A stretch of DNA of 63,340 nucleotides, filler included, from Cercozoa sp. M6MM (lineage: Eukaryota; Protista; Endomyxa: Ascetosporea), in NCBI GenBank assembly GCA_040357565.1. It is 12 parts of 12 records of this genome, joined end to end, with 100 filler letters (N's around TTAATTAATTAA, not from the genome) between each part and the next. Parts side by side here need not be neighbours in the genome. Positions count along the whole stretch, not along the records: positions 22,793 to 32,203 come from JBDODJ010000484.1; positions 32,304 to 37,148 come from JBDODJ010001033.1; positions 37,249 to 38,538 come from JBDODJ010002073.1; positions 38,639 to 41,576 come from JBDODJ010001669.1; 8 more parts are not named here. One strand, 5' to 3'. The notes under the pieces are model-generated. The model was not told the origin of the DNA. It made no database searches and worked only from the letters and a program-made list of their open reading frames with translations. A program made the translations under genes and the position numbers. This document shows positions 26,147 to 38,706 of the stretch, in pieces. The first letter of the stretch is position 1. Each line of letters starts with the position of its first letter.

Positions 26147-27790
26147 TTACAGATCGATGGCTCTTGAAGCGTCGCCACAACTGCGTGGTGAACGCACTGC
26201 AATTCAATCAGGAGCAAACAGATTCAGCAAAAAAAAAAATAAATATATATATATAAACTTATATATATATATATATATATAAACTTATATATATATAAAC
26301 TTATATATATATATATATAATAAACTGAACTGAACTCACATGATCTGACGTCGTTCGTGCGTGGGCATTCGTGAGAACTTTTCGGCTACCACCTGGGTGA
26401 TTTGCAGGAAGCTTTACAACCTCAGGCGACAAAGATTTTGTGGAGACTGAGCTGAAACACCTGAATGTGATCGTGAACCTCGCAAAACATGCGGTCCGGC
26501 TGCTTCCGCTGCTGACAGTGGTACCTGAAAAGAAAGAGAGCTTTGTAAATACGAACAGGTTAATTATGCAGCGAGTTACACATTGCACGGCGAGAGAAGC
26601 TCCATCGGGTACTCGTGAGTGTGTCCATGTCGATGGTGCAGGTTCAATTCGAGTGCCTGTCAACAGAAGTTGTGTTAATGTAGTACATGACCTCGCACAG
26701 TGGATGAACAAACAGCTGCTACCGGGACTCGGTGTGTCTCCACGAAGCACGGCGGAGTGGCACCCGTCGCCATCGAGCGTGCCACATCGGTGGTCTCTGC
26801 CGTCGCATTGGTGAGTCCCGTGACTCCCGTACCAAACGACATGACACTCATGCCGTCCTTGTAGGGAGCTCTACATGCACACACACTCTCTCATCACAAA
26901 ATGCTGTCCAAGTGGACACCTCGAAGAGAAGCACTCACGGCATTGCGATTGGCGCAGGCAACTGCATGCCAGTTGAGCGCGAACGACTTTCGGTGCCTTT
27001 CTGAACAGGTTCGGCAAAATAATTATACTGCCCAACCATACATCAATCAGTTGACCGTGACTGTACATGATTCGAGCCGCGCGAGTGTTTGTGGCATGAC
27101 TTGCTCTTGGCCGTCTTCCGTGTCATGTGCCAACTGACTCCGACTCAGTCCACTCTGCAGGGCCTCAAATAATATTACTATGTGTGAGGCCTTGTTCTCT
27201 CACGTCTGCTCCCACTATATCAGTAGAGAAGTCTTTCAACTGGTAGTGTAACCCCGGATATTCTATGGCGTTTTTTGCCTTCATCTGCGCTGCGTTTTTC
27301 TCCCTAATCGCGCAATACTAGTAGTTACAGGGAATCAAACAATTTGTCATCCGCTCACAGTGCCCTGACTAAACTAAATTGTTAGACATTTCACAATTGC
27401 ATTAACCGGTATCAACCTGGTCTAAAAAATGAACTGACTCAGTTTTATACAACATGGGATAGTAAACTGCAACACTAGGTTTCATCAACTTTAATTGCTG
27501 CAGTAGACCCAGCCTACACAGCACTGCGTCGGCTGCGCTGCTACAGCTTCTCTAGCAAAGCTTACAGTTCGAGTGCCAGGTTTTTCTTTTTTACAGCAAG
27601 TTGTTTTGTCAGCTGAAAATGCCGGCAACTGAAGCGCAAGGCAGATGCAGGGAGGGGCAGAGAACATGTTGTGGCGACAAATGACCAACAGTTTAAACGT
27701 GCACTTGCCACACGCAACATTTTGTAGTGCTGTGGGCAGTTGGCGCGCCTGAAATCGCTCTATAACTCAACGCAAGCGTCCGGTCACTGT

Positions 27791-30700
27791 TCAGCGACAC
27801 CCTTGCTTTAACCGAACGAAATCGAACCGATCAACCGATACACACGACGGAGCCCATGGAGCAACGTAAGTTTGTTTAGTTTTGTGTAGACGGGACAAAG
27901 AGGAAGTCGAGTTCCGCCTCGCAGGCATGCCACGTGCGAAGTACGCCAAAGGGATCCTCGACGTCGCGCTGCTCGAAACCGAAGCGGCAGCCGTCACCCA
28001 TCCGGGCACAATGTAGTCGCAGCTGCTCCAGCCACGACGTGCAGGCCAGAGTGGCACGACGCAGCGTGCTCTGTTGCAAGCACACAAGTCCACACAGTAA
28101 ATCCAACACAAACAAGAGTACCTGCAGCTCGGCACGTTGCTGCCATGCGGCGACACGCCGAGCGTGCGGTAGAAAGCGCGCAGTCTGCAGCGAGTGCAGC
28201 GAGCGACGCAACTCAAGCAGCACATGAGTGACGCGACTCTGTCGAACCAGCAGTTGCGGAACCGCCGCGAACCGCAGCAGCAGCACCGCACGCGCACGTA
28301 GCACCTCCGTGTCGCTGCTGCGCCAGTCGCCGCTCGCGTCGCGCACGCGGAAGAACTCCGAAGCCGCCAGCGCCGAGATTCGCCAGTTCTCTGTGAGTTC
28401 AATCACAGGCAGCACAGTTGAAAGAGCAGACACGACTGAAGTGATGGTGAAAGCTAATACCGCCACCACGCAAGGCTGTCGCAAAGTGTTCCTCATGCAA
28501 GACTTCCTCCAAGTCGGCACTGCTGACTTGCGAAAGCTCGCCTGACGTTTTCGAGATCAAAGTATCGGCGATGTCAGCTCGCATCAGCAGCGTCACATCG
28601 GCCAGTTGTCTCAGCAGACGAGGCAGCGACACCACGTGACGCAAGAAACCATCAGCTGCAGCAAAAGCGAGTCGCGACGGCAAGGCACTCAACTGCGAGG
28701 CGGCCGACACGAGTCGCATGTGTCGCGCGCTGTCGTTTGCGTCGGCACACACGAGCAACTCAGTCAGATCTCGCGTTGAGGCGTCATGTGCATCAAAAAC
28801 TGCCTCAGCGACAGGTGACGTCGCACGCATGTCGTCCAGGTACGGGTTGCTTTCGTCATGAGTTGCTTCGTCTTTTTCGCAAGTAGCTTCTTCGCATATC
28901 GCTTCTTCGTCAGCTTGAACAGTAAAGCGCAAACTGCTTTCAAGTTGCACATCGCTTTTGCTGTCCTCCATCGCGTCGTGATCCGAACTCGCTTCGTCAC
29001 TTCGCATCGCGTTGAGGCTTTCGCGCTTTCGAATCGAAGCAGCTTCTTCGTCAAGATCGACGGTCTCGCACATCTCTGAGTCAGAGTCGTCGCGCATCGC
29101 AACGTGAGGCGACAGCGCTCTTTGCAAACCGGTGCTTTCGCCATGAGCTTTCAAGACAGCGACTTGCTGCGCTACTTGGACATTGCCGGCATCAATGTGC
29201 GTCTGCTGCGCCGTGATTTCGTCAACAACGTCACGCATTTCTTCCTGCAGCTTTCGCAGTCGTTTTTGCGACTGCTGCATCTGCAGATCGAGATGAAAGG
29301 CCGCCTGTCGCTCCTTCACCATGCGTCGTTCGTGCTTGAGTTGCGCTTCCTCTTCGTTGAGTTTCTCCACAGCTTCGCGTTCGCGTTGTTTCGCGATGCT
29401 TCGACTCCTGCGATGTGCGATTTCGTTGCATCGGCGCACTTCGTCCAACGCACCTTGCAGTCGCTGCTGCACTGTTTGTTTGAGTCGGTTCGCTTTCTTT
29501 TCGAGTGGCGGCGGCGTTGCTTCGCACAGCAGAGGCGTTTCGTCTCGCACCACACTGAGCAAGTCACAGTCAAAGACCTGACTGAACGGGGTGTCTTGCA
29601 GCACTGTCGGAACTTGACTCAGCCACGGACTCTCTAAAACACAAGGCTAGTTTTGAGAGGGCATGCAAAAGACTCCAAAGTACCCGTGTAGTCCGACAAA
29701 ACGAGCGAAGCGCACAGCGAAGCGAACGCCGAGCATGAGTTGCCCACTTCGGTGCGACGCACTGCGAGAGAAAACACACGCGCAAACTCGCGTCGGAACG
29801 CCGAACTCAGCACGAGTACTTCCTGCTCCGCCAAAGCTTTCACTCAATAAGAAGCAAAGCACAAAAGTGATTAGTAAATATACCACTTTCGACAACAAGC
29901 TGGGAGAATTCTGCAAAGCTGTCGCTAGATGAAGCAACACCGAAGCTTTGGCGTCGTTGTTTTCTCGCTTCGCGACTCGTTCGGCTGATTTCGCAAAGCA
30001 AAGCAGTCGCTGCATCAGTGGGCACCACTGGCGCACCCAGCGGCCAACATGCGTCAAAAACTCTGAGTCTTCCACACCTAGAGAACAGCAGAAAACAGTT
30101 TAAAAAATGACCCCGACAAAGCACACACGTACCGTCTAAAGTGAACACCAAGTTGCGCACAGCGTCGTCGTAGCACGCGAGGAAGCACGAAAGCACACGT
30201 CGCAGCGGCAAAAGCGACGCCTGCTGCGTCACATTTGTCTCAGCAAAGCGACGCATGCGTAGAACCGCCTTCGACAAGGTTCGCGCGTGCCGAAGAAACC
30301 CGTCAACAAAGACGACTTTTTCGTCCACTGCGCCGAGCAAAGCGTCGATCGTCGCGCGTCGCAGTCGCGGTCGGCAACGCTCGAGTTGCTCCGTTTCTGG
30401 AGAAGCTTTCGGCTCTTCGACGTTGCTTTGCGCATTTTCGTCACTGCGACAGCGTTCCTGGAGCAGCGAAGAAAGCACCTCTGACTGCGAAGGTGACAGC
30501 GATGCTTCGTGTCGCTGCCGTTTGCGTGGCAAAACTGATCGCGGCTGAACCAGCTCTGCTTGCACCCAAGCTAACGATCGCTCATTTAGCTCCTGCCAAG
30601 TGTGCAGATCCAAATCACTCAGCATCGTGCACTGTCTCTACAGCGAATGCGCGTTGTTTCTGTGCAATGACCAGATTCCGGCTCCAGTCGACTGAGCCGG

Positions 30701-31075
30701 ATTCGTGTTGTTCACGTGGAAGCTGGCCATAGGCACGCAGTGTGCAACCCTGCAGCTGTATTGGTGCAATCGTCGTATAGGGTTGGAAGTATAGGGTAGT
30801 CTGGGCTGTGCACACGAGTTTTTATGTGAGCTTGGTCTGCCTGGCCCACAAAGGCCCAGCATTGAGTGTACACTGGGGATATCTTGTGGCCGGTGGATGC
30901 ACAGGAAACTGAGTGATCCGTGATCGTGAGAAAAACATTGTTGTTATTTGTGGTCTGACAGATCCAGAAAATGTCGTCGCTGGCCGGTGCCCAGTCGGCG
31001 GCGTCGACGTCAGTGACATCGGCGCCGTCGTTTGGTCCCAAGAGCGCCGCCGCCATTGCGCATCTTGGTACATGG
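27791..31075 (-). CDS. Hypothetical protein with a long coiled coil and an acidic region
   Basis: Long exons at about 28460-29630 (ORF 401 aa, E/K/R/Q heptads) and 30130-30640, joined by GT..AG introns. Confidence 0.6.
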
Positions 31076-31190
31076 CAGTCTCTGTCAGACACGGGAACTC
31101 AGGGAAGTGGGAACTCTGCAACAACTGTGCTGCAATGTAGCACCCATCCTGGACTGGCTGGGCGGTGTGGAAAAAGAGGTCAAGCGTGGC

Positions 31191-32203
31191 ATGGAAACTT
31201 TCGACGTGCTCGGTGAGTTCCCAGCACTCTGGTACGTTGCGTATTGGTTGGTATGAACCTAAACTGCAGGCCCCGAGTCGGAAGAAGCACTCGAACAGAT
31301 TCTCGAACTCATCAGTACTCCGCTGTTACTCCACTGTCTGTGTGCTTATGGTATGACATGTAACCCCTCTGTTTGTGATAGCTTTGGTGCGCGAGAACGT
31401 CGAGGACGACATTAAAGATTCGCAAGATGACCGCGGTGATCTGCAGGTAGACTTTACCCCCTTCCCACCCCCTTAACCTTCTACCTCGACCTTTCTATCC
31501 TAGGTGCTGCTCGACTTTGAGCACTCGACCTGGGCCTTCAAAACCGACAGCGAGTACTGCTTACACACGTTTTCCCCTACCTCCTACCCCTGTCCTGTAG
31601 TGACAACGCAGCGTCGCAGTTCGGCGCCGTGTCGGCGATGCCGACGTCGGATTTGGAGGCCATGCAGGCCTACCGGTCGCGTGCACTCAAGGTGATATAT
31701 ATATATATATATCTATATGTATATATATTTATACTATGTATATATCTATACCTGTATATGTACTAAAACGAACATACATAAACATACATATGTATGCGTA
31801 CACATACAGAGTAATATATTGTATTGCATGTAAATATATATATATATATATGATATTGTATGCAGGTGAACCATGCCGAGTTCCACTACACGGAGGGCCA
31901 CAAGCCGGTCTTCCTGTCGCGTGCGCCTCTGCCGGCAGGTACACCTTGTGTACCTATCGAAATGGAGTGCGTGTGAGGTTAGGTGTCTATGTTGCTACGT
32001 TGGGGGAGAGCAGACCTGCCGCACAAGACGACAGTGTCAGTGCGACTGCCCGAGGGAGTGTCGTCGCTGATGCAGAGTGTGCGCGTCGAGATCATGCTGT
32101 CCGGCGACAGTGCCGACACCACCGACTCGGTGGTTCACAAAGTGTTTGAAAAGTTCGACAAGACTGGCAGCTCGACCTCGCTGGTAGCTTTACCCCCCCC
32201 CCC
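31191..32203 (+). CDS. Hypothetical multi-exon protein (3' partial)
   Basis: ATG at 31191 followed by short exons (METFDVL|..|VLLDFEHSTWAFKTDSE|..|DLPHKTTVSVRLPEG) with GT..AG introns. Confidence 0.5.
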
Positions 32204-32399
32204 NNNNNNNNNNNNNNNNNNNNNNNNNNNNNNNNNNNNNNNNNNNNTTAATTAATTAANNNNNNNNNNNNNNNNNNNNNNNNNNNNNNNNNNNNNNNNN
32301 NNNGGGGGGGGGGGGGGGGGGGGGGGTAAAGGGTAAAGAGGAGAGGAGGTAGGGGGGTAAAGGGGGGTAAAGAGGGGGTAAAGAGGGGGGTAAAACTGC

Positions 32400-33026
32400 A
32401 GTCGCGCCGCGAGGCCGAGCGCGCGAAAGGCGTGTTGGCGAAACGCGCGATTCGGCGCAGTCGGCGCACCGGCGCCGCCAAGCTCGAAAACGACGACTCC
32501 GACGAAGAGGTACGGAACACCTCGGGAACATTCTAGAACCAACGAACCTCTGGGGAACGTTTGAGGAATATTTGAAGAACATTGAAGAAACGAGGATTTA
32601 TTTGAGATACGAATATCAAGGAACATTTCGGGAACAACTGAGGAATCTCTGGGGAACACCTCAGGACCTGGGGAACACCTGAGGAACAACTGAGGAACCC
32701 CCGATGTGTGTGTGCAGGTGATCGACCGTCTGGAGGTGCGCTGGGCCAAAGGCGGCGTCGGTTTCGCGTCCACGCAGTTCGACCGCGACACTGGCCGCGC
32801 ACTCGTCGCACAGAGGTACAGACTGGGAGGGGGAGGGGGTAAGGAGTAAAATGGAATACAACGGGAGTAAAACTGTACCGCTGGCAGAGATATCGACGCA
32901 CTTGGTCTCTTCCGCGAGGACGTCACTGACTTTGACAGCAACCGCGCGGACGAGGAACTGCTACGCGCACAGCCGGCGCGAATCCGACCGCCGCTGACAT
33001 CGCCGACTGCTGCTGATGCAGACTGA
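32400..33026 (+). CDS. 3' exons of a hypothetical protein
   Basis: RREAERAKG..DDSDEE|VIDRLEVRWAKGGVGF..|RDIDALGLF..AADAD-stop. Confidence 0.5.
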
Positions 33027-34899
33027 ACTATGTTACAGCATGAACTACTGTATCCGCGCGGAAGCGACCCTAAAACCTACAAAAAACCTCATCCATGAGA
33101 GGTGTGGAATAGTTTGAAGTGTGTTTGCTGGTATCCTGACTTACCGAGATGTTACAACATGAGCTTCATTCTCCCTCCAAGAACAGACTTTCTTACGTTC
33201 CTTAGTTTTTCTGTATCACTGGCAAAGTATCCTAAATAAGCCAAGGCCTGATCCCTATCTGCAGAGTTAGAGGGCTGCGGTAACAGTCACCATCACTGGC
33301 AAGTTGCAACCCAAATGTTGAAAAGGTGCCGAGAACAGCTAGAGAGAGTTGTGGATCATGTGATATTCTTGAAACACACCGACAGTACGGCCCAGTTAGC
33401 CCAGGTCAGTGTCATGTCACTGTCACGCCAACAAACAAGTCGGTTCGTCCAACGAATTACATTGACATCACTACTAAACATCCTGTCAGCAACGGGTTTT
33501 GTACGGAACTTCACAAAGCCAGGATGAAGTTGGTTTTTGCTCTGTCTGGTAAGACAGTTTTGACGTTCACTTTAGTACTACCAGTCGTTGTAAGGGGCGC
33601 TGATATTCCGAGCAAGTGGTTGTGTTGAACGTAGTGGTCGCGAATGCGCTCGCTTTCCCGTATTCGGGGCGCGACGGAGACATGTACGGCAGTCATAGTT
33701 TTTATCCGCCCAAGTACTCCGAAGGTACTGAAACTCGGTCCGCTGGTTTCCCAGCAACACCACATCAATCGAAAATACTGTATAGAGTACCATCCATTGA
33801 AAACCAAGAGAGTTTCGTTTTCCTCACAAATCGACTACGAACTCTCGTATAATTTATCTATGATTCCCAATTTCTGTACTTCCTTCTTTCTACTGGTACT
33901 TTGACCTTTTGAGCGCAGGTACCAGTCGTCATACCACGGCCAAGGCGACGCACCTGTGTACAACGCGTACAGTTCCGTCCAAAAACCGAACGGTCTTGTC
34001 TTGTACATCCCAGGCTATCCTCACACGCTATATCCCCCCTTACATCGCGTTATACCATACCCTTTACACTGGTAGTCCCTGGGGTCCGTTTGGGCCCCAT
34101 ACGTGGAACGAGGTATCGATACTGTACATGATGATGGTTGACTTGAACTTCTTCGACCAATTAGTAAACTAGAATCGTATGTAGTGTAACCCGGTTCCCC
34201 CTCGTGTCCAGTGCAAAAAGGAACACTTCCCTTGGGTGAAGGTAGGCCAGATTCATTTTCTTGTCGATTTTTAATCGCGTAAAACGTATTCATTTGCCTG
34301 TTCTGGTAGTGCGGTGGCTTGTTGGGACGCGTGGTAACCCTGCAACTGTCAATTTTATTTGTCGCGTTCATTGTTCTTGGCCTAACAGCTTGACAAAAAC
34401 AAATACGATGAGGATTGCCGTGGATGTAAATTTATGTTCAAGTTGTTCACTCGCCATAGCTGCACGGTTTTACGAGCGATGTCTTGATTTGTGCTTGTTG
34501 CAGTCTACATCGATCCTCAGTCTGGATGCCGTCTGGGTGACGCCGAATGCATGAAGCGCTTCCACGGTCGACAGAAGCGCGAAAAGTCGCGACAGCGCTA
34601 CGAGAACGGCCACCCGTGACCCCATCGGCATAGTCTCCGATTTTAACTGAATGTTAGAAAACCTAAGGCGAAACCTAAAACACAATCTTAAGAGACTGCA
34701 TCGGTGTTAAAAATAAAACGAAACTTACTTTAATTTAAATTTAACTAAATTTAATTTCGGGGGGGGGGGGTATGGTGTCGGTAGTGAAGTGCTCGCGTAC
34801 CGGCGAGCGCGGCAAGTCATTAAAAATATCTGCACTGTGCACTCAGGGCCACGCGCGCCCGCGTCAGGCAGTGCGACTGTCGTGCGGGTGCGGTTGATA

Positions 34900-36371
34900 C
34901 TTGATACAGCAGAAAGACGACGAAGAGGAGGATTGGAAAGGTCGTCGAAAGCTCGAAAGCTTGTTGAAGGCAATTGAAAACAGCCCAAGCGCTAAGCCAC
35001 TAACTAGCACTGCCAAACGTATCAAATGCAAAGGGACGGAAGCTCCGTATAAGGAAGTGCAAAGGTGCAGTTTTGTCGTAAATAAATTACCTTTGCATAC
35101 AACAGCAGGATCAGTATCGTACTGACTCCTTCATGCAGCCGAAATCAGCAATTTCCAAACTTCTCGCACACACACACAGGAGGGAGAGCTCTCAGTCACT
35201 TTAGAAAGCACAACGTTGCATTGTGATGGTTTTGATGTATTAAACGAAATAATTCGATACTGTAAGTCGCGTAGTACCGCCCACAATTCGACATCTCCCT
35301 GCAATCACATTGTTTATGGACAAGCTTCGTGGTTAGCAGTTCCACTTTGCAAACGTCGTCGTACATGCAGTAAGGAAGCTGCGGCATTGCTGTCGCACAA
35401 GAAGGATTGAACTGCCCATCACCGTGCCTGGCGAAGCAACGGTCGCAGAAGGGGGTGTTGTGAGGTGGGCGTGTCAGCGACGTTGACAGTTTGGCACTAA
35501 ATTTAAACGTGCATCGTTTCGCCAATACGTTCGTCACTGGATTTTCGAGCAAAGTGGAATTCCTGGGAACATTGGAGCATGGGACACTTCGGTTTTTGGC
35601 ACCGCCCCTTCTTAAGGGAGCGCCGGAGATCGAACCCTTGAGGAAGTTTAAGGCAACAACCGTACTGTGGTTACAAGCGCAGAAAAGCCCTCACCACTGG
35701 GTGTGTTTTGGAGTTTTGGTGCGCGACCTGGCGCGCCAATCAAATGTTGACTCGGTGCGCTCGGATACGTCGTGTGTGGACAGCTCAGGGTGCTCGTCTT
35801 GCAAGCGGTATGTGCATCTTTCGGTGCGAGTGTGCGGTCTACACTATTCTGTATCTTTAGAACCCGTTCCGACGGCAGGGGAACTGTCGCTTGCTCTCAC
35901 CCGGTTTGCGGAGGCAAACAAGACCGTGGTTCGATGCGCCACCGCAGGAGTATCGATTCTGATGCTTTTGGGGATTGTGTTGGTCGAAATGCGTGTACCG
36001 TACTCTCTCTTATCGGCGCATTTGGCGGTTTTTTCATTGAGTTTCTTGTGCCATAGCTGAGCAGCAAGGTCGATGAATTCAACAGCCGAACCGACGCAAT
36101 GCACTCCGACATCAACTGCCGAATCGAAGCAATCAACGGCCGAATCGACGCAATGCACTCCGACTTCAACAGCCGGGCTGACGCCATTCGGTCGGATATG
36201 AGCAGAGTGTTGTGTGCTGCCCTCAATGTCAGAAGCGACGCTGCTGCTGGCCAGTCGGATTCTAGCTTTGAAGACTCGAGCTCGGCAACGACTCGCAGCT
36301 TCCAGAATGATGGAAGGAAAACTTCAGTTGAAGCTCAACTCGGATTGAACTCGTTAGAAAGTTATAGTTAG
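34900..36371 (+). CDS. Hypothetical single-TM plus coiled-coil protein
   Basis: An exon with hydrophobic AGVSILMLLGIVLV is spliced to heptad repeats LSSKVDEFNSRTDAMHSDINCRIEAINGRIDAMHSDFNSR; the start is uncertain. Confidence 0.4.
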
Positions 36372-38025
36372 TTAATACTAAATCGAACAAGCGGATATAA
36401 ACTTATGATAGTGTGCGAATGACTTCGACGCAGAGTTTGCGCCTTTGTTCTTGGCAGCTTTTTGAGTTCTTGTCATGTTTTCAAAAGTGTCTGATAAATT
36501 TAGTGCTTTGACTATATTTCTTCTGAAAACATGGCATAGCAAGTTTGTGCTAGATCCTCCGTGACGTTCCTCCCTTTCTTTGCTTCCCTGTCTGCGAGTT
36601 CGCTGAGATGAATCTCGATGTGTGATGTCACAGTAGTACCCAGTGTACCGTGATGCGCCCGTCTTTTCAGTTGTCAGCTCTTTTGGTTGACTGCAGATCC
36701 CATACACCGCATATCCGTTTATTTTTATATAACGGCGCGACACGTTAGCTGACAGTAAGTAAGGTAAACGAAATAGTACACGTAACGTAAGCTGACAGAC
36801 AGACGGACAATGAGGAAGGAAGAAAGGTTAACGTCGCTCCAACTTGACCGGCAATCCTCTAGTCGCTCCACTCGTCCTCGTCCACCTGTACACGTGTGTA
36901 CCGTACCGACATAGTACAGACAGACAGGTCAAACAGACCGGTCAGACTGACAGGAGTACCTCATCGTCGGAGAAGGCCAGCTTGGCGTCCCAGCGGTTGT
37001 TGGCGATCGGCGCCTGTGTTGGGGGGGGTAAAGAAGGGGGTAAAGATGGGGAAGGGGGACGCCTACCGAGTCCTTAAGATGGTCGTACTTGTGCAACTGC
37101 TCCTCGTACTTTTTCTGCACACACACACACAATACAGGGGGGGGGGGGNNNNNNNNNNNNNNNNNNNNNNNNNNNNNNNNNNNNNNNNNNNNTTAATTAA
37201 TTAANNNNNNNNNNNNNNNNNNNNNNNNNNNNNNNNNNNNNNNNNNNNAGTCGGATACAACTAACCAACGAAACAAAGACGTTCGTTGAAGTTAGTGAAG
37301 GAGGTAGGGCGGTCGCAGTCGGTGTGCGACGGCGCGAAACTGCGACGGCAGATGATGGAACACTTCGACTCGCGCGTTCTGACAGTGCCAGTGTGACTGT
37401 CACATGCACTGCGACACTGCAGTACGCAGTGTGCCCAGCACTCCGTCCCTTGAACGAAGTGCTCGGCAACACAGTGCTCGTCGGCCGCGGAACGCGATTC
37501 GTCGCGGGCGGCGAGCATTCGGGGCCTCTGGCGCAGCGGTGACACTGCCTGTCGAGTCAGTGCACACACACAGACAGGTTAGATACACTGCACGGCCAGT
37601 GCGGCTGCCATGCAAAGTTCGAGAAGCTCTTGTTTCGACAGCTTGTGTGACTGCAGCTGTGACTGCAGCGGTGACTGCAGCTGCGACTGCGACTGCGACT
37701 GCGACTGCGACTCTGGCACCGACTGTGGAGTGCCCACGCAGAACATATCATATGACTTTTATCAGACAGACTGCAACTATAGTGTAGCGCAACAAGTGAA
37801 GAGGTGCAGCTGTACCTGTGTCAATGTCAATGTCGCTGTCTGTGTCTCTTTGTGTGCCTGCGCCAGCACCCGTTCCTGTGCCTGTGCCTGCCAAGTCTCG
37901 TCGTACTCGTCACTGGGCGTGTGCAGTTCCCAAGCAGGCCAGGCAGCAACAGGCGCGATCGATATCGTGGTGACACCACTGTCCTGCGTGGCCGCACTGC
38001 CGGTCGACTGCGACACCTCCGACTC

Positions 38026-38078
<53 letters not shown>

Positions 38079-38088
38079 NNNNNNNNNN

Positions 38089-38138
<50 letters not shown>

Positions 38139-38193
38139 CATGAGGACACCAGAGAGTGAATAAAACCAGAGTTGACGAAACAAATGTGTCAGA

Positions 38194-38229
<36 letters not shown>

Positions 38230-38486
38230 CCTGAAGCACACAGTACCAGGGGTGGAGCACTCGGAGAACGCCGAGTCTATCGAGTCACCCTGTTTCGGCA
38301 CACAAAGTGCAGTGAGCGAGGATGCATTGCCAACACCAGAGCATAGCAGAGACAGGGAGCAGCGCAAGTACCTCCAATGACGGGAGGAACGGCAGCTCGC
38401 ATCCGTCTGCACATTGCAAGCACACTTGATATCACACAGGTACGCACACACACACACACCCACACAAACACACACACCCACCCACA

Positions 38487-38538
<52 letters not shown>

Positions 38539-38706
38539 NNNNNNNNNNNNNNNNNNNNNNNNNNNNNNNNNNNNNNNNNNNNTTAATTAATTAANNNNNN
38601 NNNNNNNNNNNNNNNNNNNNNNNNNNNNNNNNNNNNNNATTCAGCCGGTAGGTCTGTCATTGGCAGCCTATCGCAGGTCGCCAGCTAGCTCCTGGTCAAC
38701 CAGAGC

